A stretch of 64,000 bases of DNA, taken from Rotaria sp. (Eukaryota). Made by a program: the position numbers and the translations under genes. The DNA is taken from positions 5,986,240 through 6,050,239 of the forward strand of contig CAJNOF010000002.1 in the NCBI GenBank assembly GCA_905250055.1, given 5' to 3'. The notes beneath the pieces were generated by a model. It saw only the letters and a program-made list of their open reading frames with translations, had not been told where the DNA came from and did not search any database. Positions 13,578-25,966 of the stretch are shown piece after piece; position 1 is the stretch's first letter; each line of letters opens with the position of its first letter.

Positions 13578-13985
13578 TTAAAAATAACCGATTTTAATCG
13601 ATTACTAGCATCAATTGATTAAAATCGATTCGATTTTTAATTGATTATCTCCGATTTTATAAAAATAACTAATTTTAATCGACTGTTACTAATAATCGAT
13701 AAAAATCGATTAGATTCTTAAATCAATATTCCGGACTTTATAAAAATAACTGATTTTAATCGACTGTTACTAATAATCGATAAAAATCGATTAGATCCTT
13801 AAATCAATGTTCCAGATTTTATAAAAATAACTGATTTTAAGCGATTATTCTAATTAATTGATTCAAATTGATTAGATTTTTAATCGATTACTTCGGATTT
13901 CATAAAAACAATTGATTTTAATTGACTCTTACTTTCAGTCGATTAAGATCGGTTAGACCTTTAGGATTTTTTTGAAAGTAATCGA
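13578..13985. repeat. Tandem array of 5 copies of an 82-bp unit (unit begins ATAAAAATAACTGATTTTAATCGA), rich in the palindromic octamer AATCGATT
   Basis: Unit starts are near 13581, 13659, 13740, 13822 and 13903. Degenerate TAATCGATTAAAAT repeats also occur at 12980-13140. Confidence 0.75.
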
Positions 13986-14078
13986 TTTTTTACACAAATT
14001 TAATCAAAATCGCTTCTTTTAATCGATTTTTACCGATTTTTTAGCTGTTTTTTTTATATGGGGAATAGAAAAATCTAG

Positions 14079-14677
14079 TATAGGGTATCTTGTAGAGTGC
14101 TTTGCGCTCTACAAAATCTATATGAGAAATTCGAGAAAAAAATGTCACATTTGATCGTAATTTGAAAGACAAAGGAGAGAAAAAGCACCTTCCTTCCATG
14201 TCCAAGTTTAGAACAAGCAAAAAAAACTTGATCATTGAATCATTAAACACTTATGTTCAAGAAAAATCTATGTGATATTCGGCATCAGCGCCAAAAAGTG
14301 AGTCAGGCAGCACGAGTTTCGTTAAAAATAACTTCTTTACAAAATTCATCCCTATTCCATCTAAGCTTCTTTTTTTTAAACTTTTGTTTGGGGTCTCCCT
14401 CAGGTGAATTTTGTCTAAAAATTATTTTAAATGAAAGGCATATTGCCTAACTCACTTTTTGATGCTGATGCCAAATATGACATGGGTTCTGCTTGAAAAT
14501 GAATGTTTAATGATTCAATGATCGAGTTTTTTTTCGCTTTTACTATATTTTTATATGAGAAAGATGTGCTTTTTCTCCCCGTTGTATTTCAAATTACGAG
14601 CTGATGTGACTTTTTTTCTCGAATTTCTTATACCGATTTTGTCGAGCACACAATTCTTTACAAGATACACTATATCC
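14079..14677. repeat. Imperfect palindrome P3 (about 600 bp, arms about 85-90% identical, centre about 14377)
   Basis: The reverse complement of 14430-14677 aligns with 14079-14300. The inner stems GCATCAGCGCCAAAAAGTGAGTCAGGC and GCCTAACTCACTTTTTGATGCTGATGC face each other. The ORFs at 14041-14250 and 14253-14450 are artefacts of the palindrome. Confidence 0.75.
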
Positions 14678-15021
14678 GATTTTCATATTCAACTTTCATA
14701 GCCTCGAAAAACTCATTTTTTCCCTATGAAGACTTCACTTTTTGGAAACCTCATATAAGACTATTTTATTCAGCTTGATAAACTCTTTAAAATAAGACGT
14801 TGCACAAAAGACGCGGATGAAAAAATGATAGAGTTAAAGGCGAAATACTGAAAGGTATCGAAAAACGTGTTTTTTTGCGATGTTTCAGACCCCTTCTTAT
14901 TGTCAAGGTTATAGCTCTGTCAAATAAGGTCCTGAAAGTGAAAAATTTTTCCATACCCTTACTTTTCAAGGAACCGAATGAGATAAAAAAAACAAAATAT
15001 TTTTTTGACCACGTCTCAACG
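14678..15021 (-). mobile_element. Dispersed repeat R1, copy B (inverted relative to copy A; lacks the nested hairpin and has a roughly 55-bp internal deletion)
   Basis: Its reverse complement aligns with 11597-11672 plus 12084-12407 of copy A. Weak similarity continues to about 15060. The ORFs at 14787-15146 and 14875-15087 fall within it and are not credible genes. Confidence 0.65.
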
Positions 15022-17439
15022 ATTCTCAATAGGCTGGTCGAATCTCTCTTAAGCACTTTATATATTAATATCCATTTCAGAAGATGAGTATTCTTGGAAT
15101 AACTTTTGATAGGAACGGATAGAGATCTGTGGTTTTCACCATTCAAAAAAGAGAATGAAACTGCACTGAAACTTGAATATCAGATTTCTCTGGGAAGTTC
15201 CCTAAGAATCATTCGTCAAGTTTTTAAAAAATTAAGGCTTTTTAGTAGGCTGAGAAGGTGGGCTTTTCATCAATAAATCAGAAACAAAGACAATTTTGTT
15301 GAAAAATCTGCCGAAAACACGAAATAAAATGTTAATAACTCTTGATCAACTTATGCTTTCAATGCCAGACTTGTATATATTATTGGTCTTTAGTCAAGGA
15401 TTCGGGTGCACAAGTGAAAGTTAAGTTTTCAAAAGTTTTACATTTGACAATTTTTTGCGTTTAAGAAGTTTGGCCAGTGGCTTCGACACAACCTGCCGGA
15501 AAAACTTGATGTGCAAGGTACGATGCAGCTTCGTCTCCTCGTTCAACAATGAGAATCGCATATCTCTATTGTGTTCATATCAAAAATTATTTCAAAAATA
15601 CTCCGTCGCCTTTTAATTTGAAATGGATATTAGTATAGGATATGACTGGCCTTGATTTACTTCAACTAAGAATAGACATCTTTCAATATCACTGATCATT
15701 AGTACAAATGAGTAAATTTCAAGATTTCTGCTGGGCTTTATTATTTCTTTTGGTGGTCTGCTAATTATCTTATTGCTTTTGCATCTATGAAACTCTTCGC
15801 TACAGACTCATTGACCAATCAGCATTGTACCATAGATCATTCAGATCTCAATGAGCACAAAAAAAGTTAAACGATTAGCAGATCTAAAATACATATTGTC
15901 AATTCACGAAGAAATCTGCAAGTTCACTTACTGTGAGAAAGCATAGATTATCCATTAAAGCAAATTCTAATAAGTCTTAACGATACTGAAATCAAACACT
16001 TAAAGCATTATTTAATGCACACTCATTAGGAACGACAAAAGTGCAACATAGGTGAAAAGAGAGAAAAAGAAAGAACTTCGTCTAGGAGTTTAAGTAGGTG
16101 GTTAGACCAATATATAGAGACATATTTAGTGAAATATGTTAGGTAGATACGTAACTGGTTACAGAGGTTGATTGCTACACAGTTTCGAAAGTAAGCTAAT
16201 GAGTAAAGAGAAACATCTATCTTTCTGCGCATCAATTATTAATGTTATATGAATCGAACATAGAAACAAGAAATTCATGGAAAAACATAATAGAAAAGGC
16301 ATTAAAATAGAGAAAAATAAATCAAGAAGCGTGTCAATACACGGGGAACCTGGATATTTTAGGATATCAATTATAAGAATTTGTAATGCATAAACTGCCA
16401 AAAATGTTAGCTCGTTTAAAAAGTGATCATTTTCATACCGCACTTTTTTGAACGCTTTTGGATGACCATCTGGAATTGCGGTTAGTGCTCGAGAACATTG
16501 GAAATTTATCTAGCGTTTTCATGCTTTTTTCTCTTTATCTACTTAAATGCTGTTATTTATCTTGCTATTATTTTGATTTGTTTTCTTATTTCTGAATCTA
16601 GAAAAGAAAAACAACCATCTGCTTCTGTTGTCTATGTTGATCTTCAAATTAATCGTCAAATACACATTAAACGGAACATCTATATGCATTGTTCACTTTT
16701 TTCTTTACCAATTAAAGACAGCATATCCATAGAGAAAATGAAAAACTCGATAGCCATTATTTCTGTCACATTAACTTCATCGTGATATTAATTGATAATC
16801 GCTATTATAGACTTACGAACGGTGAATCTTATCAGAGAGTGTTACTTGTGTTTATCGTTGGGGTATAAATACTGTAAAAGCTGTGTTTTATTCACTCATA
16901 AGAAGAGAAATAATAAGGTTTGATAAAAATAGTGAGTGTCTGTTTCATGTGTGTATGAGAGAAATAAAAATTACGCGCACTGCAACGCAGATGGTTTGTT
17001 ATAGTTATCGAATATGAAATGTTTAAACCTAAAATAAGATGACAGCGCTCTAGTCGTATTTTCGCCGAATATAAAACAAATTGTCACAAGTAGATTTGTT
17101 TTATATGTAAAATAGGAAGCTGTTTACAGTATTTATTAATAGTTTCTTAATAGATAAACTTAAGTAGCCCTCTATAACCGTGCTTACTTCGCAAGAGCTC
17201 CTAAATATCTTGTTAATTATCATAAACGAGCATTGGAATGTTGTCAGTATCTCTTGTAAATATGACGCATTAGATGAGCTTAATTATTCATGTAAATTAC
17301 TAGTCAATATTATGGATCTGACTTGAAACACATTACATAAGAAGTCTTAGGTGATTCTCGAAGTATAGGTAAGAATCATTTAGTCGATAATAGTGTAACA
17401 CTCCCGATTGACTGGCATTCATACATGATATTCAACCTT

Positions 17440-17700
17440 CCCCTATCGTTCACTAGTATAATATATATTGCCTTCACCTTTATATTTTAACGCTGCTATC
17501 CTTACCCTATTGGTCTTCTACATCTATTCTCTCCTTGGTCTCATCTCCTTTCTTTTTTATCCTCTCTTGTTCTACTTGCGCGTAAGAGCGCGTGCTTTGT
17601 ATTTAAATGATACGGTTATACGATATGAAGGAAGAGACGAAAGCATATCTCTATCCACACTAACATTTAATCTTTCAAAAATCGTCACAAATAGTCTTAC
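17440..17700. repeat. CT-rich dispersed repeat, copy 1 (shared with 45480-45860)
   Basis: Shared blocks TGTTCTCTCCTTGG(T/C)CTCATC ... TTTAAATG(A/T)... GATATGA(A/G)GGAA...ACACTAACATT...AATCGTCACA. ORF 17468-17716 is a translation of the repeat. Confidence 0.5.
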
Positions 17701-18861
17701 ACAAGAGAAGCATTAATACTTGCTAAATACCTTCAGAAGATTGGAATTAAATTGAAATATTCTAACACGTATAGTAGTGACTTGTCATGAGTTAACGACA
17801 CATACAAAGTATTGAAAAACACCACAGATCTCTGTATAGAAGTGGAAGTCAAGGAAATATTGACTACCAGAAAACATACTCTGAAGGTAGTTTTGAGTGC
17901 TGTAATCGATTCTATTCGATAAAATTAAACAAGAGATATCAATAGTATTCCATTAAATGGTAGCGAATTATGAAGTAGTACATTTATGTTGCATTGTAAA
18001 ATATCACCATGCACGACTATATACGAGCCGTATTCTTTGGTGTTTGAGTACTGAACAAAATTATAACAACAACACTTTGTCAGTTTTTTTCTATAATATC
18101 AGATACTTAGCTCAAAATCAAATAGTGATTTGAATAACTAACGAAGTTCTCTCCGTAATAGGTTCTATACCAAGGTTACACTAATGGACTATGAGATTCA
18201 TGTTTCTGAAAAGTCGAAAACTGTTGTTTTGCATGTCCCAGAATGCGTTATGGAAACTATTTTTTGAGTGTTCTACGACAGATGGATAATTCTGAAGGAA
18301 ACCAAGATTCGTCACACATTCTATAAGATGTTCTTAAAAAGTTACGCTCAGGGTGAAAAGAAAAAAATTGCAAAATCAATCAAGAAGAATGTTAAAAATC
18401 AACCAAAACAAAGCGTACTGTAAAAACTGGTAGTCAAGGAAAAACGTTCTGCAGTCTTTTAGAACTTGAACAAAATTGTTTTCGGTTTTTTAGAAACTTT
18501 GCTCTCGAAGCTCATCCTTGAAGCTTTGGAATAGAATACATTTGAGAGAATGAACTTCATTGACTATTCTAATTACTATATCATTAAGGTTAGATGTTTG
18601 GCATTGTAGAAAAGAAATCAGATATATCTTATTTTAATGTTTTTTGTCCAGTACTGCATCTTTAAGACAGTGTATAGCAAGAAAAAATTACAAAAAAAAG
18701 ATTGAGTGCAATACTTTTTTAAAATCAATTACACAAGTCTGCAGCATTTTAAAAATACCTCACTACATCTCTAAAACTAATGATATAGTGTATACAACCA
18801 ATAACAAGTATTTTTAACGGTTCATAGCAGATTATTTACAGATATTTTCTTCGAATTACTA

Positions 18862-20554
18862 ATGGCAAACGGTTGTGAATTTGAATTTATGGAATACATG
18901 GATGAGCAGTCCATTGATCCAAATTTAATATGCAGCATTTGTCATAAACCTCTTAAGGATCCAGTTTGTACATCATGTGATCATACATATGGTCGTGCAT
19001 GCATCACACGATGGCTCAATCAGAATGACATTGGTTCATGTCCTATGTGCCTTAAAAAGCCCTTGTCGATTAATGAACTCACTCAAGCTAGTCGTCCCTT
19101 ACGTAATATGCTTGATCAACTTCGAGTTCAGTGCCTATTATGTACACAAACTGGTTTACAACGTGGAAACTTTGTTGATCATATGAACAAGGTTTGTCCA
19201 AAATCTGTGATTCAATGTCAAGCTGCTGACATCAAATGTCCTTGGAAAGGACCACGTGATGAATTACAGAATCATATGATAGCATGTGTTTTTGAACCAT
19301 TGCGACCAGTATTATCTACACTAATTGCTGAAAACCGACAACTTATCGATCAAGTTCAAAAACATGATAATGAAATCAAGGCACTAGCACAAAAGATGTA
19401 TCAGTTACAAAAGAGTAAGTCAATATTTTTGTGAATCATTAAAGCAAACGTCTGGCATGTGAGATTGTTGTTTGTTTAGCAGAGAAAAATAAGTCCAGCG
19501 ATGAAAGTGATACTCAATCAGTTTCGGAAGTCTCCGTCGATGGTACAAATCAGAAAGAGGAAGATGCTATATACATAAGGAATCTACCTGCTACTGTCAA
19601 ATTTAATGATATATTTGATCAGTTTTCAAAAATTGGACGCATCAAGGTATAGTTATGGTTATTATATGTATATATAACAAGTTTTAGATTCTTACAATTT
19701 ATATCAAACATAGTCTAAAATGAGTGGACAGGATGCGAATAAACATGATTAAATTTTGAGATAGGTGGAGGATTAGTTCTGTTCATCTCGGTAACTGATG
19801 TTCATAAAGATGGATAAGATCATAACTGTTTTCACTTTCTGTTTTACGAATATCTTGATGTTTCTTTGTATTCAGCAAAAGATTTTGCACTAAATATAAT
19901 TATTTGTATTTGTTCAACTCGATGCAGAGAATTTATTCTCTCAAACTATTTGCTTGCAATTCGACGAGACATATATTACATCTGAAGAATAGTTGCATCA
20001 CTAAAATGGTTATGATATGATATTTGCTTATTACTTGGTACTTTGATATTTTTTAGTACAATCCGAACACTCAGAAAACCGAAATATTCATTTTTAAAAA
20101 TCCAACAAAGAAGAACGGCCTGTGCAGCGCAAAAGTAGTCTATGCTAACAAGGAATCGGCCGCTGCTGCAGTAGCGGAATACAATGGTATATAGTGTCTT
20201 GAATATATGTGGAGTAGTTCAGTATTCTTTTTTATGCATAGGTAAACATATTCCACAATGGAATACACGTCTTCAAGTAAATATATCATATGCAACGAGA
20301 AAGAATTTAAGCGATTGTGGAAAAGCCAATAATCGTAAATAGATATTATTAATCATATAAATAGTAGATTTTATTCTTATTTAGAAGGAAACATTCATGG
20401 GCATCAGGAAGCTAAAGTGATGGAAGAAAGCAAAGAAGTTTCAAACAAAGACAAAAAGGGTTCCGCCATGGTTGATCAATTAGAGCCACAAATCGAAGAT
20501 AATAAGGCAGAAACTAAGAAAAATACACGGTCTGTTAAATACTGCTACAGATGA
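18862..20554 (+). CDS. RING (C3HC4) plus TRAF-type zinc-finger plus RRM-domain protein, probable E3 ubiquitin ligase with an RNA-binding domain; 4 exons
   Basis: Exons: 18862-19414, 19480-19646, 20057-20186, 20385-20554 (TGA), all GT-AG with consistent phases. The RING is CSICHKPLKDPVCTSCDHTYGRACITRWLNQNDIGSCPMC. The TRAF-type zinc finger is CLLCTQTGLQRGNFVDHMNKVCPKSVIQCQAADIKCPWKGPRDELQNHMIAC. It is followed by a coiled-coil and an RRM with RNP2-like IYIRNL. Confidence 0.7.
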
Positions 20555-20904
20555 AAGCTTATTTCTTTTTCTTTGATTAGTTCACATCGACGTAATTTTC
20601 CTCGTGTTGACAAACCAACAAGTTAAAGTTAAACTAAAATAACGCATTGAAACAACACGAAACAAAATGAATACTTTTCATCATTAATGAACTTTTATTA
20701 TATTTTCTCTTTTAAAAATTAAGTCTTCTTTAACCTAATTTCAACAATTTTTCATACATCTTAAATGTTTTAGTGAAGTAGTAAAAAAAATATTTTAATT
20801 TTTATCTAATCTTTGTGGTTTATCTTTGTTTCGAAATAACTAACATATGATATTATAATGTTCACTTTTCTTCAACTTATTCATCAGTAATGATAGTCTA
20901 TTAA

Positions 20905-21000
20905 TAGGCATGGAAGAACGTTGGATACTGTTTTTGTCTGAAAGGAATTTGATCCCGTCTATAAATGCTACCGGTAAAGATCGAATCCGATGCCGCATTG
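20905..21000. repeat. Short dispersed repeat shared with 25147-25240 (CATGGAAGAACGTTGG...TGTCT...AAGGA(A/T)T...GATC)
   Basis: Direct sequence similarity. A second shared motif ACACTCGCACTC occurs at about 21723 and about 25283. Confidence 0.35.
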
Positions 21001-22621
21001 TTCTGGAAGCTAACGTATTTCATGCGAGAACGATCGCATGAGACTTGGTCGTTGTCAAATTTCGGATCGGATCATACCAGAAAAGATCTGATCATTTTGT
21101 TAAGTGAATATAATAAGATCGTCGCGGACTTTGAGCATTAAAGAAGCCAGAAGATATCGATTTCCACAAAAAATAGTGTTGAATTTCAACGTAGAGTGTA
21201 AGTGTGGGTGAACAGTGCCAAGGTATCTGTGAGTTAAGCAAAGATTCTCACAATTGCTCATATCTGCATTCACCTATACCCACGTCTACACTACACATAT
21301 AAGAGAAAATTTCACAAAAATTCAGTATATAATACCAACGAAATTTCTATAGTTGCAGAATTTTCAGAAATTATCGGAGTGATATTTGCATCGCTAAGAT
21401 TGACATACATAAACTGGAGAAGCCCACCTCCGACTTCAGAACAAGTTCTAGTAACTAGGATGAATTCGGTATTTACGGAAATTTTTCCTGAGATTACTGG
21501 TGAGCTTCTTCCGTGTATTTATGCCAAGGTGAGTGATACTAATAAAAGACTGATGGTTTTGGAAATATCCTTGATTACCAAAATTACCATAATTTCTTTA
21601 GTAATTTCTAGGTAGTTTTGACAATTTATTTGCTATATATTGTAAATTCAAGTAATTTTTTCCAAGCAATGCGAAGCATTAATCAGACTATATCAATAAA
21701 GTGAGTGTAGATCTGGTTTTTATATTAACTAATACTTACACTCGCACTCACCTACATCATTAGATTACAATTATATTCAAAATTATCCAGTCAATCCAAT
21801 ACAAATAAGTGAAGCGCTGACAACTTAGTAGTTGGTTTTTACGCAAGCAAAGAGAATAGTATTAACTAAAAAGTATCGCGTAGATAACAGGCTTAACTAC
21901 TCTTTTCAAATAGAATCATATTCGCAGTAGAAAAAATCACTGGGTAAAAACAAACTGTTAAGGAAATATATTCTTTTTAGGAAATTTATATTACTATTAG
22001 TATTGATAAAGTAATAAATTTGAAAATTAACATATGTAGTACTGGTGAGTGTTTGAGAAAACTAGCTTCTCTAGTGTATCTGCAATAGGATATTGCTTTA
22101 GAATTTCTTCATTTTTTGATATGTTGTAGAGAGTAATGACTTAAGTACTCTCTCAAATTTTTAGCAAGAATCGATCACTTTTCTAGCATCATCATTGAAA
22201 ATATATACAAATGAGTTCTTTGATGAAATATGGTTTTCTGGTTTTTCTAATTTTTTTCTGTAAAATTTCTTTGAAAAAAGAACTTTTTCTTTTTCAATTG
22301 AGGTATGTTTGACTTCATGCCGTTTTAATCATGATTCACAACAATTTCTACTGCTATTTACAGAATTTTCGAAATTTTTTAAAATTATAAATGACATATA
22401 TTGCTATTCCAAAACAGCCACATTTTGTTCTTTTTGACATTTAGTTAATAAAATGTTGGTTGAGCACGTTCTACACACTAACTATGCAATCTTTCACTAC
22501 TGTCACTAGTGATAGACCTCAACAAGTTCTATTGTTTGATGTATTTTGTTCATTTTGTACCACTCGAAGAAAAAATTAGTTTTAACAGAAAATTGTCTTT
22601 TTTCTATGATTTCTGAAATCT

Positions 22622-23122
22622 GTTTGAACATGCTGGTGTCATCTCGATAGGTTATACTTTCTCAAAATGTAAAAAGTGTCAATTATTCATACACATCCAA
22701 TATTCTTTTTTTTCGAATGAAAGAAAATTGTGTGTAACTCAAACAAAATAGCCTTATCCGAAATGTTTCTCCTATTATTTTTTCTTAGAGAAAAATTGAA
22801 GCTTCCCCCGCTTTCATCCAGACGCTTCTACCAATTGAGTTGAAATTTTTCGTATAGTAAATAGAATCAATTGGGAGTGTGTAGGTTTTTTTATTCTTGA
22901 AATATTGCTCTGATGGTTTTCGGTATATCTTATAAAATTTTGTCCTAGGAAAAAACACGTTTTCTGATAAGGCTACAATTATCTCAGTGTTCTAAACGAA
23001 GAAAACAGTATTTTTTAAGAAAACATATATATACATCCCGATTCGCTTCTGGTTGCTACAAAAAATTCATTCGTAAAGAATGAGTTTTGGCTGTTTTCGA
23101 GGGGGACAAAACTCGAACCCAT
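22622..23122 (+). mobile_element. Dispersed repeat R1, diverged copy C
   Basis: The start (CTGTTTGAACATG), internal blocks (AAAAAACACGTTTT, CGCTTCT...) and end (TTTTCGAGGGGGACAAAACTCGAACCCAT) match R1 copies A and B. Overall identity is lower, roughly 60-65%. Confidence 0.45.
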
Positions 23123-25512
23123 TTTTGGCACTTGCACCCTCTATATCTCATAGAAGAAAGCATCCAGAAAATCTGAATCTATGATAATTTTGACACTACT
23201 GATCGAAATCTACCTAACCTGAAAAATTTCATAAGTTTTTGTTGAACCGTTTTTGAGAAGCTTGGGAAAGGGGGTGCCCTTAAATATGATAAACTCTTGG
23301 TGATGTCAAAAGCAAACCAAAGAAATGCAGTTGTGATGTTGAACAAAGAAGAATATTTATATAAATCAAAAGAAATTCTTGATGATAGAAAAAGCGTTTA
23401 AGAAATTAATGTACGATTCTACTGGAGGAAATGTACAAATTCTCATTTCATTTTGCTTAAATGAAAGAAAAACAAAATAATAATAAAGAAAAGCTACAAA
23501 GCAATAGGGCCTAAAACTAAGACCTATTATATCGAGTTATGATTCTTATAATAATAATACAACCAAATACCTACGAAATTTAATAATTGCAGCTATACCC
23601 AAAACGAAATCATTCATTTAACATTCATCTGGTTTTACTGATAAAATTGGCTAAATAAAAATATTTATGACTTGATACATTCATTAAGCGTCTCAACTTT
23701 ATTTACTAGTGTACTCCAAGAAAAAGTCATATCTATTGCGTTTAAGAAAACATGACATATCATGTTAACGTTGCAATAGATTATGAAAATTTAAATCAAC
23801 TCTTTAAATTTTGTAGAATGAAAACTAATTTGACATTTAATCATGAAAATTATGATTAAAAAAATGTGAGGATGGGTAGTTCTTTAGCAACCACAATGGC
23901 TCATGTATTGATGAGTGATCGTGAGAGTCAAATTTACAACTAGAAAGAAAAATATAAAATTATTTGATTGTCATGTAGATGATATGTTTATTATTGTATA
24001 TAAAAATCAACGCGATATTAGATATTTTGTTAAGTAAATGAACGAAATCGAACTATCTATTAAATTTAGCGGTGAGATGCAAAATAATAATAAACTTCTT
24101 CGTCTGGATGTTATCGTGATGAGAATGAACATGGATGTAATTACATACTTATACAGAAAACCCACTGACACAGGATTATATCTAAGATGGAGCATCCATC
24201 AATCCAGAAATTACAAATGAATCTAAATAAATGTGTATGCATTCGTACAAACGGAATCTGGACTACAGTTTTTTTCTTTAAAGAACACTTAGTATATTAC
24301 AAATGGATATTAATTGAATATTATAATAAAAGGCTACAAGAAGTGTTGAATTAAGTAAGAACATCAATAATATTCCACCATCATCTAATACTGAAAAAGC
24401 TTTTTATCTCAAGACTATATTATGATGAATTGTCAAAGATATTAGACAATAGCATGAAAAATTTATCACAACGTGATAAGAAAAAAAGGTAGTTTTGGTT
24501 TTAAAGCAGGATCACATATTTCATCAGTATTCAGTCAAATATATATAGTGGATCTCATGAGTCAAAAAATCTAATTTAGAAATTTAATTGTAAAAATTAC
24601 AATTGCTATTAAATCGGAGAAACGCTTTCGAGTGTCGACAAACGAAAAGAAGAACATGAAGAACTATTTGAAGAAAAAACCTACTCCACAATAGAAGAAG
24701 CTCACTCAAATTATGGGCATGAAAATGACTGGAATGCTGAAACGATTGCACTGGCATTGGAGGATACAAATAGAATTATGAAAAGAAAGTCTATGTATAG
24801 GGTACTTTCAAAAGAAAGAACAACGTGTTTATTCTCAAAAAAAAATGCTGAACTGAAAGCTTTTTGGGAACAAATAAAAGACACATGTGCTTGTTGTGAA
24901 CCGTTTAAATTTATAATAATTCATACAGTAAACCGGCTTATATTGTTTTGCATTTTTCATAGTTTGTTTTTTTTTTATCTATTTTAACTTTTCTTTGTAT
25001 ATTTATTTTTACTTTTGACTAGTGATTTGAATAGGTATTCACGAAATTGTTGAATATAAAAATGTTTCTATTAGTATATATTATTCGCTTATTTTGTAAA
25101 ATGCTTACCTTCTTTAACTTATACCTCAGTAATTTAAGCTCATCTATAGACATGGAAGAACGTTGGGCATTATCTTTGTCTTCAAAGGATTCAGTCTGGT
25201 TGATGTATTCTACTGGAAAAGATTTGATCTGGTATTGACCGATTGCGTTTCTTACTCGTACTCATTCACTCATACCCGCATTCACACTCGCACTCTCAAG
25301 TAATGGAATATGCTTTTGATCATCAGTCACTGAGAATATCTAATACCTAATAACATCTGTTGATTTCCCTTGCATGAGTTTTATTGATTAGTCTTGATTC
25401 GAAAACACAACATCTAGAGTTTAAAAGCAAGTAAGATAAGAGTCGTTTTCACCATAGTGCTGTTTTGTTAATCATGTAAATTAGGACGGCTACAATAGAG
25501 AGAAAGCAACGA

Positions 25513-25917
25513 TTAGAGGTGACAGAAGTCGTCGGAAACATTACTCACTCTGAATCTCATGATGATATGAATTTCGCCATGGGATGACAATCCAAGCATT
25601 GCCGGTAATTTTACCCATTCATCATATTTTCCATCGTCGAAGACATGTTTCAGTTTAATTTTACACTTGCCAATTGAATCTTTGTCGCCAACATCGTCAT
25701 CGTAGACATCAAAATGAATGACATCGTCGCCGTCATGAATATTGAAAGTAAATCTTTCATTCCAAACGGGATCATTCGTATTGGAAATAGTTGTCGTCCG
25801 TTGTTTGTACTTTTTATCCAAATAGACTTCTACATAAGCATCGTTTTTACCAAATGTATCTTGATCTTTAAGACGACGTCCTTCTGCAACTACTACTTCG
25901 AGCGTACCGTTAGGCAT
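25513..25917 (-). CDS. Small single-exon C2-domain protein (134 aa), Ca2+/phospholipid-binding type
   Basis: Complete ORF MPNGTLEVVVAEGRRLKDQDTFGKNDAYVEVYLDKKYKQRTTTISNTNDPVWNERFTFNIHDGDDVIHFDVYDDDVGDKDSIGKCKIKL... This is the canonical C2 beta-sandwich signature, with Asp-rich Ca-binding loops. GC content is higher than the flanking sequence. Confidence 0.7.
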   Translation of the reverse strand: MPNGTLEVVVAEGRRLKDQDTFGKNDAYVEVYLDKKYKQRTTTISNTNDPVWNERFTFNIHDGDDVIHFDVYDDDVGDKDSIGKCKIKLKHVFDDGKYDEWVKLPAMLGLSSHGEIHIIMRFRVSNVSDDFCHL

Positions 25918-25954
25918 GGTGTGTGCTGATTTATGCGACGATCAAGCGCACGAC

Positions 25955-25966
25955 TCCTTTTTATAT
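25955..25966 (-). promoter_or_regulatory. TATA box (AATATAAAAAGGA on the minus strand), about 40 bp upstream of the C2-domain gene ATG
   Basis: Plus strand reads TCCTTTTTATATT. The complement matches the TATAAAAG consensus and is positioned appropriately for the gene at 25513-25917. Confidence 0.35.

Noticed and set aside
14787-15146. 119-aa and 70-aa ORFs overlapping on opposite strands
   Set aside because: They lie entirely within R1 repeat copy B and have a low-complexity Lys/Ser/Leu composition typical of AT-rich noise.
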